Below, piece after piece: positions 9,270 through 17,745 of a stretch of DNA of 64,000 nucleotides (the first letter of the stretch is position 1; each line of letters opens with the position of its first letter). The notes under the pieces were generated by a model. It saw only the letters and a program-made list of their open reading frames with translations. It was not told the DNA's origin and made no database searches. Where the stretch lies: contig CAZPFO010000003.1 in NCBI GenBank assembly GCA_964585935.1, positions 2,544-66,543 of the forward strand, read 5' to 3'. The stretch is from an uncultured Methanosarcinales archaeon (lineage in GTDB: Archaea; Nanobdellota; Nanobdellia; Woesearchaeales; GW2011-AR4). The position numbers and the translations under genes are program-made.

Positions 9270-10151
9270 ATGGTCAAAAATACAGAATGGAATAATAAGA
9301 ATCTTGCTAAAAATTATGAACTAGGGAGACCCCTAAATTCAAAGATTATTTCCAATTTATTTCACGAAATAAAAAGAATCATTAAAAGTCCATATAACAA
9401 TAAAATTTTACTTGACGCTGGTTGCGGTACTGGAAGAGTAACTTTTCCTTTAGCACAAAAATATAAGCAACTTAAAATTATTGGAATCGATAAATCAAAA
9501 GAGATGTTGTCTGTTTTAAAAAATAAGGTAATTAATTCTAAAATTAAAAATTACGAAATAGTTAATGGAAACCTGACAAAGATTGATTATAAAGAAGACT
9601 ATTTTGATTTTTCATTAATTAGTTCTGTACTCCATTCAATTAAAAATTGGGAGAGTATTTTAAGAGAAATCATAAGAGTCACCAAAAAGGAAGGATTTTT
9701 ATTTTTATTAAGCGAAGAGGGAGAGATTTACAATATCGCATTAGGTCGCTCAAAAAGTAAGAACCGGAACATTACAGAAAAATTCTGGGGAACGTATACC
9801 GATTTAAGACACAAAAACAGATTGAGAGACCCAGAAGAATCCCAAATTGGAATAAAATGGCAGTTAGGGCACCCCGAGTTGATAGCTTACTTAAACCAAA
9901 AGGGTTATCTGGATTCAATTAAGAAAGTGAAAATTAAATGGAAAAAGGATTTTACAGTTAAAGATTTTATGAATATAGTTGAGTGCCGATGCTGGTCATC
10001 TATGTTCACTGCTGATGATGGAAAATATAGAAATCTTGTCAAAGATATGAAACAATGGCTTAAGGATGAGAATATTTCATTAAAAAATAAATGCCCCTCG
10101 AATTTCATTATTAAATGTGATATAGTCAAACTAAAAAACCATACCTTTTAG
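9270..10151 (+). CDS. class I SAM-dependent methyltransferase
   Basis: Motif I LLDAGCGTGRVT with a downstream acidic residue (IGIDKS). GGGGG-type RBS just upstream of the ATG. Confidence 0.7.
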   Translation: MVKNTEWNNKNLAKNYELGRPLNSKIISNLFHEIKRIIKSPYNNKILLDAGCGTGRVTFPLAQKYKQLKIIGIDKSKEMLSVLKNKVINSKIKNYEIVNGNLTKIDYKEDYFDFSLISSVLHSIKNWESILREIIRVTKKEGFLFLLSEEGEIYNIALGRSKSKNRNITEKFWGTYTDLRHKNRLRDPEESQIGIKWQLGHPELIAYLNQKGYLDSIKKVKIKWKKDFTVKDFMNIVECRCWSSMFTADDGKYRNLVKDMKQWLKDENISLKNKCPSNFIIKCDIVKLKNHTF

Positions 10152-10171
10152 AATTATTTTAAGATCAAAAT

Positions 10172-11248
10172 CTACCTGGTGACCTCAAAATTCTTGATAT
10201 CTTCAGCTAATTTTTGTGCTGTTTTGTTTTTCTCTAATGTTTTTCTCACTGGATATATTAAATTGTTTAATTCTTCTCCAACTGATTGCTTTAAATCCAT
10301 CGGATGCACTTTCTTTTGCGAGAACCTTTTCTCCAGATCTTCATAAGAACCGAATTCCAGATTTCCGCCCCATTTTTTTGGTCTTTCTATTTTTAATGTC
10401 TTATTCTTTTCAAAAATTATATATTTGCAATATTCTAAAATTGGATTTTCCTCAACAACACCTTCAGGGCAATATGCTTTGTTGATCTTTCTTTTTATAT
10501 CTTCTTTTGAATCAGACATGAATATTGCAGTATCCGGCCTGCTTTTGCTCATTTTTAGTTGAATTCCTCTTTCAGCGCCCTTTAAGCTGCTTTTAGGCGG
10601 TTGCCCCAGCCCCATAAGCATATGATGGCTCACAACAACAGGTTTGTAAAATCCTAATTTAGGTCCTAATTCTCTTGCTAGTACACTGACTTTTCTCTGG
10701 TCCATGCCTAATTGGCATATATCAACCTCTAACTGGAAAATATCAGCTGCCTGCATACATGGATAAAATATCTGGGATGCTTGTAATACTTCACTTTCAC
10801 TTCTCCCCATTATCTGACCGCATCTTATTATTCTTTTTACAGTGGAATTTCTTGATATCTGCATTACCTTTTTCCAATAGCCCTCATTGTTAACTAAATC
10901 AGAAACCCATAGAAACTCGACCTTATCATCCATACCACATGCTTTCCACACTTCAATTAAATATTTGCCAACCTTCTGGATATTTTCCAAGTTTCCTTCT
11001 AACTTATTATTCGCCCAGGCATGCCAGTCTGCAACTAAAATCTTGAACTTACACCCAGCCTTAACCATCTTATTGATGTTTATAGCTCTCAGAAGCCCTT
11101 GTGCAATATGAATATCCGTTCCAGAAGGCTCAAACCCATCATAAGCTATTGGATTTTTCTTTTTGATCAGAAGTTGTTTCAGCTCCTCTTCTGTTATGAT
11201 TTCCTCTCCAACTTCTTTGATTAGGCTGATTCTTTTGTTAATATCCAT
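10172..11248 (-). CDS. tyrS: tyrosyl-tRNA synthetase (archaeal type)
   Basis: AYDGFEPSGTDIHIAQGL (HIGH-region equivalent), ADWHAWANNK and KMSKS (LKMSKSRP). Confidence 0.85.
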   Translation of the reverse strand: MDINKRISLIKEVGEEIITEEELKQLLIKKKNPIAYDGFEPSGTDIHIAQGLLRAININKMVKAGCKFKILVADWHAWANNKLEGNLENIQKVGKYLIEVWKACGMDDKVEFLWVSDLVNNEGYWKKVMQISRNSTVKRIIRCGQIMGRSESEVLQASQIFYPCMQAADIFQLEVDICQLGMDQRKVSVLARELGPKLGFYKPVVVSHHMLMGLGQPPKSSLKGAERGIQLKMSKSRPDTAIFMSDSKEDIKRKINKAYCPEGVVEENPILEYCKYIIFEKNKTLKIERPKKWGGNLEFGSYEDLEKRFSQKKVHPMDLKQSVGEELNNLIYPVRKTLEKNKTAQKLAEDIKNFEVTR

Positions 11249-11270
11249 ATTAAGGAAAAAATAGGATGAT

Positions 11271-11280
11271 ATTTATTAAA
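11271..11280 (-). promoter_or_regulatory. TATA box for tyrS (leaderless)
   Basis: The minus strand reads TTTAATAAAT, centred about 27 nt upstream of the tyrS ATG at 11248. Confidence 0.45.
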
Positions 11281-11312
11281 AGTTTTTGGTTTTTGGTTAA
11301 AGAATCAATAGT

Positions 11313-11984
11313 TTATCCGATTTTACAATTATCAACCCATTTACAATACTCACACTCTCCTTTATCTTTAGGCATTTCTCCACTAAGAACTTTTAAGGCT
11401 TTTTTGAATATCTTTTCTGCATTTTCAATGCTGATCTTCATCTTCACTAAATCTGTGTTGAAAACAACATTTCCATTTTTATTAACCTTATCAGGATGAT
11501 AAAACAATAGATAAGCATAATCTTCTGTATCATAACCATTTTTCCTCAATAAAAAATTATAGATGTCTAATTGTTCTTGATAATGCTCATGAGTGTCTTC
11601 CTTTAAAGGGTATCCCCTTGTTTTATAGTCCAAAACTATTAATTTATTTCCTTTCACCAGAATATTATCTACTGCTCCTCTGAATAAATTCCCTTCTTTA
11701 TCTTTCCATTGGATGCCTTTGAAGTTGTTTCTCCATACTTCCAGCAGTTCTTTATCATCAAAGAGCTTTAACCCATCGCAGTCTTTATTTTCGCACAATT
11801 CAGGAGGCAATTCTCCTTTTTCCATATAGCTGTCAAAATGAGTCTTAAGGATCTTATCCATTCCACTTGGTAAAGAAGGAAATATTCCTGCTGGCCTTTT
11901 GATTTTCTTGTTAAAATGCAGCCAGAAACATCTAGGGCAGTCTTTTAGAATGCTTAAAGATGAATGGCTGAATTTAAATGGCAT
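11313..11984 (-). CDS. PD-(D/E)XK Cas4/RecB-like nuclease with Fe-S Cys cluster
   Basis: GAVDNI..VLDYKT (D..DxK core), QLDIY (QxxxY), N-terminal CPRC and C-terminal CEYCKWVDNC (C-x2-C-x5-C). Confidence 0.7.
   Translation of the reverse strand: MPFKFSHSSLSILKDCPRCFWLHFNKKIKRPAGIFPSLPSGMDKILKTHFDSYMEKGELPPELCENKDCDGLKLFDDKELLEVWRNNFKGIQWKDKEGNLFRGAVDNILVKGNKLIVLDYKTRGYPLKEDTHEHYQEQLDIYNFLLRKNGYDTEDYAYLLFYHPDKVNKNGNVVFNTDLVKMKISIENAEKIFKKALKVLSGEMPKDKGECEYCKWVDNCKIG
11887..11948. repeat. left copy of a perfect 62-bp inverted repeat (within the 5' end of the nuclease gene)
   Basis: The reverse complement of 11887..11948 is identical to 23378..23439 (CTAAAAGACTGCCCTAGATGTTTCTGGCTGCATTTTAACAAGAAAATCAAAAGGCCAGCAGG). 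Confidence 0.9.
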
Positions 11985-12027
11985 GGTTATTAGTTATGAG
12001 GGGGTTTTAAATAGTTTTTGTTGGATT

Positions 12028-12060
12028 TTCCACTGGACATCCTCGCGTAAGGTATATAAA
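12028..12060 (+). repeat. direct repeat A (TTCCACTGGACATCC..CGTAA..TATATAAA), left island boundary
   Basis: About 29 of 33 positions are identical to 23454..23486. A related third copy lies at 22517..22547, in the same orientation. Confidence 0.85.
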
Positions 12061-12101
12061 GGAGGTCGCATATTATATATTTAACCTAGTATATGACGTA
12101 C

Positions 12102-12130
12102 TTTTACGAAAAGTTTATAAATACGTAAAA
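12102..12130 (+). promoter_or_regulatory. promoter of the TA operon: TATA flanked by a 7-bp inverted repeat
   Basis: TTTATAAATA at 12114..12123 lies about 25-30 nt upstream of the start codons at 12146-12155. Arms TTTTACG (12102..12108) and CGTAAAA (12124..12130) bracket it, a possible antitoxin operator. Confidence 0.4.
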
Positions 12131-12145
12131 CCTACTTATTGCTAG

Positions 12146-12406
12146 GTGATGAGGATGAATGTGGAAACAGCTAAAATGTCAGAAAGAGGGCAGATAATCA
12201 TACCTAAGGAAATAAGGTCTGAAGTTGGAGCTTTAGAAAATACAATTTTTGCATTAAGCAGTATTGATAAAGATACAATAATCATGAAGAAATTAAACAC
12301 AAATGCTCTTGTGAATGAATTTAGAAGATTTAGGAATAAGTCTAAGAAGCTGTCTCCTTTTAGGATAGAGGAAGAGGTAAATGCGGCAAGAAAAAGTCGT
12401 TCTTGA
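12146..12406 (+). CDS. AbrB/SpoVT-fold antitoxin (VapB-like)
   Basis: MSERGQIIIPKEIR is the classic SpoVT/AbrB swapped-hairpin motif. The gene overlaps the PIN gene by 26 nt. GTG at 12146, with in-frame ATGs at 12149 and 12155. Confidence 0.7.
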   Translation: MMRMNVETAKMSERGQIIIPKEIRSEVGALENTIFALSSIDKDTIIMKKLNTNALVNEFRRFRNKSKKLSPFRIEEEVNAARKSRS

Positions 12407-12782
12407 CACGAATATAATAATATCTGCAGCTATTTCTTTGGATGGAAAACCAGCTAGGATCTTTGAACTTTTTTTGAATGGTGATTTAGTTAATTATTCT
12501 TCAAAAGAGATCATTGAAGAAGTTACTGAGGTTATCTCAAGGCCATTTTTTGGAATATCTGAAGAATATAGAGATTTTATTATTTCTAATCTAAAAGATA
12601 AGTCGATTATAATAAAACCGTCTTTCAATGAAGAGATCATTACTGAAGATGTTTCTGATAATAAGTTCATTAATTGCGCTTTATCAGCTAAAGCCTGCAT
12701 TATTTCTGGAGATAGACATTTGCTTAAGTTAAGAATATATAAAGGAGTTCGCGTTTTTAGCGCAACTGAGTTTTTAAAATGA
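12381..12782 (+). CDS. PIN-domain toxin (VapC-like)
   Basis: N-terminal VVLDTNIIISA with later acidic residues (EDVSDNKF, ISGDRHL). Paired with the upstream AbrB-fold gene. Confidence 0.7.
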   Translation: MRQEKVVLDTNIIISAAISLDGKPARIFELFLNGDLVNYSSKEIIEEVTEVISRPFFGISEEYRDFIISNLKDKSIIIKPSFNEEIITEDVSDNKFINCALSAKACIISGDRHLLKLRIYKGVRVFSATEFLK

Positions 12783-13444
12783 AAATTAAGGAAATTGCCC
12801 TAGACCAAAGGCCAAGGGAGAGATTAAAGGCAAATGGAGTAGAGTCTTTATCAGATTCAGAGCTGCTTGCGATTTTGCTGCAGAATGGCACTTTTGGAGA
12901 AAATGTAATAGATATGAGCAACAGGCTTATTTCTTCATTTGGGCTTGAAAAGCTGAATAGCTTAAGCTTAAAGGAAATAATGAAAATAAAAGGAATAGGT
13001 CCTGCAAAGGCTTCTAAACTATTGGCTTCATTTGAGCTTTCTAAAAGAGTAAATTCTGGAAAGATCTGCGAGAAAGTTGTTAAAAATTCTTCTGACATTG
13101 CTAAATATTACATGGAGAAATTAAAGGATAAGAAGAAAGAATACTTTATTGCTGTGTTTTTAGATTCCAAAAACAAAATCATAAAGGATGAAGTGATTTC
13201 AATCGGAACTTTAAATTCTTCATTAGTACATCCAAGAGAGGTGTTTAAGGAAGCTATAAAGAACTCTGCTAATTCAATTATTTTAGTGCATAATCATCCA
13301 AGTGGGGATTGTGAGCCGTCAAATGAAGATATCAAAATAACACAAAAATTAACAGACGCAAGTAATATGTTAAATATACAATTCTTAGACCATATAATTC
13401 TAGGAGATAATTATTGGAAAAGTGTGAAAGCACACCCCTTATAA
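12779..13444 (+). CDS. radC: RadC-like JAB/MPN domain protein
   Basis: HNHPSGDCEPSNED metal motif and an N-terminal HhH-like LSDSELLAILL. ATGA overlap with the PIN gene. Confidence 0.8.
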   Translation: MKIKEIALDQRPRERLKANGVESLSDSELLAILLQNGTFGENVIDMSNRLISSFGLEKLNSLSLKEIMKIKGIGPAKASKLLASFELSKRVNSGKICEKVVKNSSDIAKYYMEKLKDKKKEYFIAVFLDSKNKIIKDEVISIGTLNSSLVHPREVFKEAIKNSANSIILVHNHPSGDCEPSNEDIKITQKLTDASNMLNIQFLDHIILGDNYWKSVKAHPL

Positions 13445-14923
13445 TTTAAGATCTTCTAGAATCTTAATTATTTTTTTTTCATTATCAAGTATTTTCTTTT
13501 TTATTACTTCTGGCTTATCATATTTTACTTCTTCATATTCAATTTCTTTATACTTAGAAATACTTAAGTCATAATTATTTTCTTTAATTTCTTCAAATGG
13601 AACAAAAAAACATTTTCCTTTTCTATCAGAAGGTGTTTCCTTGGTTCTTATTTTAAACTGTTTTATAATATCTGGAATATCATCTTTTTCTATTTTTGTC
13701 CTTTTGTCATCAAGGCTAAAACCATCGTTTTCCATATCATAAAACCAAACATCTTTAGTGGGTTCTCCTTTTGTAAACATCAAAATACCTGTGCTTACTC
13801 CTGCATAAGGCTTAAAAACACCTGAAGGCATGGATATGACTACATCAAGCCTGCATTTTTCTAAAAGCAGTTTTCTAACTTTTTTATGGGCATTTGAATT
13901 TCCAAATAAAACACCATCTGGAACAATTACAGCACATCTCCCACTATTATTAAGAATATTAAACATCAATTCTAAAAATAATATTTCTGTTTTTTTAGTT
14001 TTTATTGTGAAGTTTTCATTTAGCTCAGATTCATCAACACTTCCCTTAAATGGGGGATTTGCAAGAACGATATCATAATACCCTTGTTGATTATATCTTG
14101 TAGATAAAGTATTTATCTGTTTGATATTGGGCCTATGGATTCCATGCATCATAAGATTCATCAAAGACACTCTAGTCATCACAGGATCAAAATCAAAGCC
14201 GTTTAGAGTACTTTCTCTTAATACTTTGTGTTGGTTATCATTTAGTTTGTCCCCAACAAAATTGTATTCGTTTCCTTCTTCATCTTTTTTTATTAATTCT
14301 TTTGAAGTGTTGTTTTTTAATATGTGTTCGTAAGAACTGACTAAGAACCCCGCAGTTCCACAAGCAGGATCGCAAATATTTTCTCCATATTTTGGTTCCA
14401 ATAATTCAACCATCATTTTAATTATGTGCCTTGGAGTTCTGAATTGCCCGTTTTTGCCTGCTGTCTTTAATTCTGACAATAAATATTCGTATAGATCTCC
14501 TTTTGTATCCCTATTTTGCTCTTTTATATGCATGCTGTTGATAATTTTAACTGCTTCTATTAGCAAAGAAGCTGTTGGGATGTTAAAAACAGAGTCTTTC
14601 ATATAAGTTGCATATAATGAATCTTCTCCTCCTAAATTTCTTAAAAAAGGAAATACCTTGTCTCTAACATGGTCTAGTATTTTATCAGCATTATATTCTG
14701 TCCACACAGACCATTTGCAGTTAGTATTGTCTTCGAATATGGATATATGTTTTTTCCCTAATAATTTTGCATCCTGCTCTTTTCTTATATCTTCATCTTC
14801 TAACCGTTTCATAAAGATTAAGTAAGACATTTGTTCTATTGCCTGCAATGGATTGCTAATTCCACCGCTCCAAAACTTATCCCATAATTGGTTTATTTTT
14901 GATTTTAGATTTGTGTCTAGCAT
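13439..14923 (-). CDS. hsdM: type I R-M N6-adenine DNA methyltransferase subunit
   Basis: Motif I DPACGTAGFL, motif IV LANPPFKG, and an N-terminal HsdM helical domain. Confidence 0.9.
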   Translation of the reverse strand: MLDTNLKSKINQLWDKFWSGGISNPLQAIEQMSYLIFMKRLEDEDIRKEQDAKLLGKKHISIFEDNTNCKWSVWTEYNADKILDHVRDKVFPFLRNLGGEDSLYATYMKDSVFNIPTASLLIEAVKIINSMHIKEQNRDTKGDLYEYLLSELKTAGKNGQFRTPRHIIKMMVELLEPKYGENICDPACGTAGFLVSSYEHILKNNTSKELIKKDEEGNEYNFVGDKLNDNQHKVLRESTLNGFDFDPVMTRVSLMNLMMHGIHRPNIKQINTLSTRYNQQGYYDIVLANPPFKGSVDESELNENFTIKTKKTEILFLELMFNILNNSGRCAVIVPDGVLFGNSNAHKKVRKLLLEKCRLDVVISMPSGVFKPYAGVSTGILMFTKGEPTKDVWFYDMENDGFSLDDKRTKIEKDDIPDIIKQFKIRTKETPSDRKGKCFFVPFEEIKENNYDLSISKYKEIEYEEVKYDKPEVIKKKILDNEKKIIKILEDLKL

Positions 14924-14938
14924 TTTATCCCTCCCCGA

Positions 14939-15313
14939 TTATAGTCCTTCCATAAGTAAAATTATCCCAATAATTAAAGAGCCACCAATTCTTAAAATCC
15001 ACCTATTTTGTTGGACTAACTCTTCAAACCACTTAATTTTGCTGATTCTACCATCAGTAATATATGATAAAAAACTCCATGTAGCTAACGTAAAAAAAAC
15101 TATTGAAATAATTCCTATCCATATTTTAACATTTTCCTTAATTCCAAAATAAGATATTAAAGTAACTGAATTCAAAAAGAATGTTAACCTGCTTGTATAT
15201 TTTGTTTCTATGAAAAGCCCGACCAGTAAAAGCGCGACTGCCGGCAGTAAAGCAATATATTCCAACCTAAACCCAGGTATAATCATAAAAAAAGATTGAA
15301 TTAGGTTAGTCAT
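14939..15313 (-). CDS. small four-helix membrane protein embedded in the R-M operon
   Basis: 124 aa with about 4 hydrophobic segments (YIALLPAVALLLVGLFI, LTFFLNSVTLISYFGI, IWIGIISIVFFTLATWSFL, IGGSLIIGIILLM). Its ATG overlaps the hsdS stop by 4 nt. Confidence 0.55.
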   Translation of the reverse strand: MTNLIQSFFMIIPGFRLEYIALLPAVALLLVGLFIETKYTSRLTFFLNSVTLISYFGIKENVKIWIGIISIVFFTLATWSFLSYITDGRISKIKWFEELVQQNRWILRIGGSLIIGIILLMEGL

Positions 15314-16449
15314 ATTATCAATTCCCCTTTGAAAGCTTTTTGCATCAAAGCATTAAATAAGTTGTCAATCTGATTTTTTGAATGTTTCTGTTGCTCTTTC
15401 ATAGCTTCAACTTCTTTAACAATTGAAGCGAATTTGTTTTGGAGTGAGGTTGGGGGGAAAATTATTTTGAAATCAGAGATTTGTCTTGAATTTAAGTGTG
15501 GTTGTCCAGCTCTTCTTGAAAGTGTTTTTATTATTGCCCTACTACTTCCTAAATTTAGCAACTCATTTAAAAAAACTGAATTCAAAATATCATTATTTAG
15601 ATGAAATATAATATCATACCCACCATATGATCCAACATATTTTTTTGTAACTACGGCACAATCCCCTGTGTTTACACCACTTCTAACAATAATCAAATCA
15701 TTTTCCTTAAGTTTACATTTTTCAATTTTTTTAGCTTCATCTTTATTTATATATAATATGCCATTTTCAATAATTCTACCTTGTTTAATGTTTGTTGCTC
15801 GAATAAACTTGATCCCTTCTTTAACATATTCGGGAGGGGAACCAGTTCCATATTTTATTTCAGTTAGATTGTCTCCTATTGTTGAATTGTTCCATCTTTG
15901 CTCATTCTTTATTGGATCTCCAAACATCTCCAAGAAAACACTTTTCAAAAAATCCTTAGTCAATTCATCTGTTTCTTTTCGCAGTTCTTTTGCTTTTTCT
16001 GCTTTTTCTAGGATTGAGACTATTTTTTTCTGGATTTCTTTATTTTCTGGATAATATACTTTAATATCCTGAATATATCCTTTAGAAATATGTTTCAATC
16101 CAGCACCTTTAAACCCTTCTTCTAGAAGATAAATTTTCCCATATAAATAATAATAAACATATTTCGCTATTATTTTGTCTTTTACTTTAACAATAAAACA
16201 ATCTGTGCTTGTTGAAAATTTTTCATTGCAATAATGAATCCCTGCATGTCCGCCAGTTGCAAAGATTAAATATTCTCCATCCTGAGTGTATTCATCAATA
16301 AATTTGGTTTGCTTATCGCTAGATGTAAAAAATTTATATTTACCTTTGTTTAAGCCTTCTCCTGCCTTTATCTTTGATTTTTTTTGAAAGTCAAATACTT
16401 CACCAAGTTCAACTTCTTTCCATCCTTCTGGTAATTTTTGTTTATTCAT
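15310..16449 (-). CDS. hsdS: type I R-M specificity subunit
   Basis: Two target-recognition halves separated by conserved helices (..LKSVFLEMFGDP.. and C-terminal ..LFNALMQKAFKGEL). Confidence 0.85.
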   Translation of the reverse strand: MNKQKLPEGWKEVELGEVFDFQKKSKIKAGEGLNKGKYKFFTSSDKQTKFIDEYTQDGEYLIFATGGHAGIHYCNEKFSTSTDCFIVKVKDKIIAKYVYYYLYGKIYLLEEGFKGAGLKHISKGYIQDIKVYYPENKEIQKKIVSILEKAEKAKELRKETDELTKDFLKSVFLEMFGDPIKNEQRWNNSTIGDNLTEIKYGTGSPPEYVKEGIKFIRATNIKQGRIIENGILYINKDEAKKIEKCKLKENDLIIVRSGVNTGDCAVVTKKYVGSYGGYDIIFHLNNDILNSVFLNELLNLGSSRAIIKTLSRRAGQPHLNSRQISDFKIIFPPTSLQNKFASIVKEVEAMKEQQKHSKNQIDNLFNALMQKAFKGELII

Positions 16450-16450
16450 T

Positions 16451-17185
16451 TTATTTTATATTCTCTTCTGCAAAATCAATCATTTCTTTTAATATTTTTA
16501 AAACTTCTTTTGGATTTTCATTTTTATAATCTTCAGAATAAAGATATCTTGCTGAATCCCTTAAGTTTGACAATTTAGATAAAGTTTCACTAAACTCAAT
16601 CTTAACATTCCCCAAATTTGCCCAATTCTGAAATTTATTCAGTCTATCTTTGTGATTTCTTCCAGTAAGAATCTTATTATCTGCCAACATCAATAAAACA
16701 CTTTTAGCAGATAGTTCAGCAGAAGCAAAAGCATTTTCAAAAAATGGTCTTAATCTACACTTATCTGAGTTTTCTTTTGCACTTTCATAAAATTCTTTAG
16801 AAGCTTTAATATGTTCTTTGATTATTTCTTTGTTATATCTTGCATCAAATGAGATTATCCAATTATTTTTAAATACCAATAAAGTAATATGGGAACAATT
16901 AACATCCTCGCCGGTTAATTTTACATTTTTAATTTTATCAATATCCTTCTCGTAAACTACTTCCCCTTTGTTTATTTGTTTATTGGATTTACATTCAACA
17001 ATTGCTTTAACTTGTTCATTTAATCTTATTCTATTTTTTCTATTTAATGAAAAGATTATTTGGACTTTAGAAATAACAAAATCATCTTTAATTTTTCCAA
17101 ATTTTCTTCTTCTCTCTACCTCAGGTTTCACCCAAATATCCATTACTTGCTGAAAAATTTTTTGTCCAATATTTTCTTCGTTCAT
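16451..17185 (-). CDS. two-domain protein with C-terminal HEPN-like helical domain
   Basis: The C-terminal about 130 aa show the HEPN-like pattern AELSAKSVLLMLA..GRNHKDRLNKF..LSNLRDSARY. The N-terminal about 110 aa are unassigned. A clear R-x4-6-H motif was not seen. Confidence 0.45.
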   Translation of the reverse strand: MNEENIGQKIFQQVMDIWVKPEVERRRKFGKIKDDFVISKVQIIFSLNRKNRIRLNEQVKAIVECKSNKQINKGEVVYEKDIDKIKNVKLTGEDVNCSHITLLVFKNNWIISFDARYNKEIIKEHIKASKEFYESAKENSDKCRLRPFFENAFASAELSAKSVLLMLADNKILTGRNHKDRLNKFQNWANLGNVKIEFSETLSKLSNLRDSARYLYSEDYKNENPKEVLKILKEMIDFAEENIK

Positions 17186-17556
17186 AATCCATTCCCCAAC
17201 ATTTTACTTGGTATTGAAACAGAATCTTTTTTCTTTTTCTTAATAGCTGACGTTCTTTCCTCCAGAGATTTATCTAAAACCTTCTTCAGATCTTCTAAAT
17301 ATTCAGCAGATAAATCTTTTAAAATATTGATTTCCTCATTAGAATCAAGAATAACATCCCAATCAAAAGTATCTTTTCCTTTGTCATAAGAAATAATGTT
17401 TTTTCCAGCAATATTCTGTGGAATAGGAACTTTAATCTCATGTAAAAGTAGATCTCTAATTAAAGATGCAGGAGTAGCGCCTTTTTTTTCACAGTAAGAT
17501 TTAACTAACATTGCTTCATGCACAGTCAGCTTTGTTGAAACGGATTTGAAGTTCAT
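17182..17556 (-). CDS. ribbon-helix-helix-like small protein
   Basis: N-terminal strand-helix-helix pattern STKLTV-HEAMLVKSYCEKKG-TPASLIRDLLLHEI. Its stop overlaps the HEPN-like gene start by 4 nt. Confidence 0.45.
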   Translation of the reverse strand: MNFKSVSTKLTVHEAMLVKSYCEKKGATPASLIRDLLLHEIKVPIPQNIAGKNIISYDKGKDTFDWDVILDSNEEINILKDLSAEYLEDLKKVLDKSLEERTSAIKKKKKDSVSIPSKMLGNGL

Positions 17557-17578
17557 GGTGATTGGAAATTGAAGCTCA

Positions 17579-17586
17579 TTTATATA
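17579..17586 (-). promoter_or_regulatory. TATA box for the RHH/HEPN/hsdS/hsdM transcription unit
   Basis: The minus strand reads TATATAAA, centred about 26 nt upstream of the ATG at 17556. Confidence 0.45.
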
Positions 17587-17600
17587 CTTTTCTGTTTTTC

Positions 17601-17622
17601 ATGGTCAACCTAAGTTGACCAT
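17601..17622. promoter_or_regulatory. perfect palindrome ATGGTCAAC-N4-GTTGACCAT (candidate operator)
   Basis: 9-bp arms with a 4-nt spacer, 15-35 nt upstream of the TATA of the RHH-like gene. Confidence 0.45.
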
Positions 17623-17745
17623 ATTATCAAGCCATTATTAAAAGAAAAGTTTATATACTTACAATCTTATTACCTTATTAACGAGTAAGTCATGCTGAAC
17701 GGATGACGGCTCAGGATTGAGCTCAGGACAAATAAGCATGGTTCG

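Noticed and set aside
17680-17745. GC-richer segment with stem CATGCT/AGCATG and a direct GCTCAGGA repeat downstream of the DUF3800 gene; considered as a tRNA fragment or small RNA.
   Set aside because: No cloverleaf or T-arm (GGTTCRA) can be built. Its position right after a stop codon fits a terminator hairpin.
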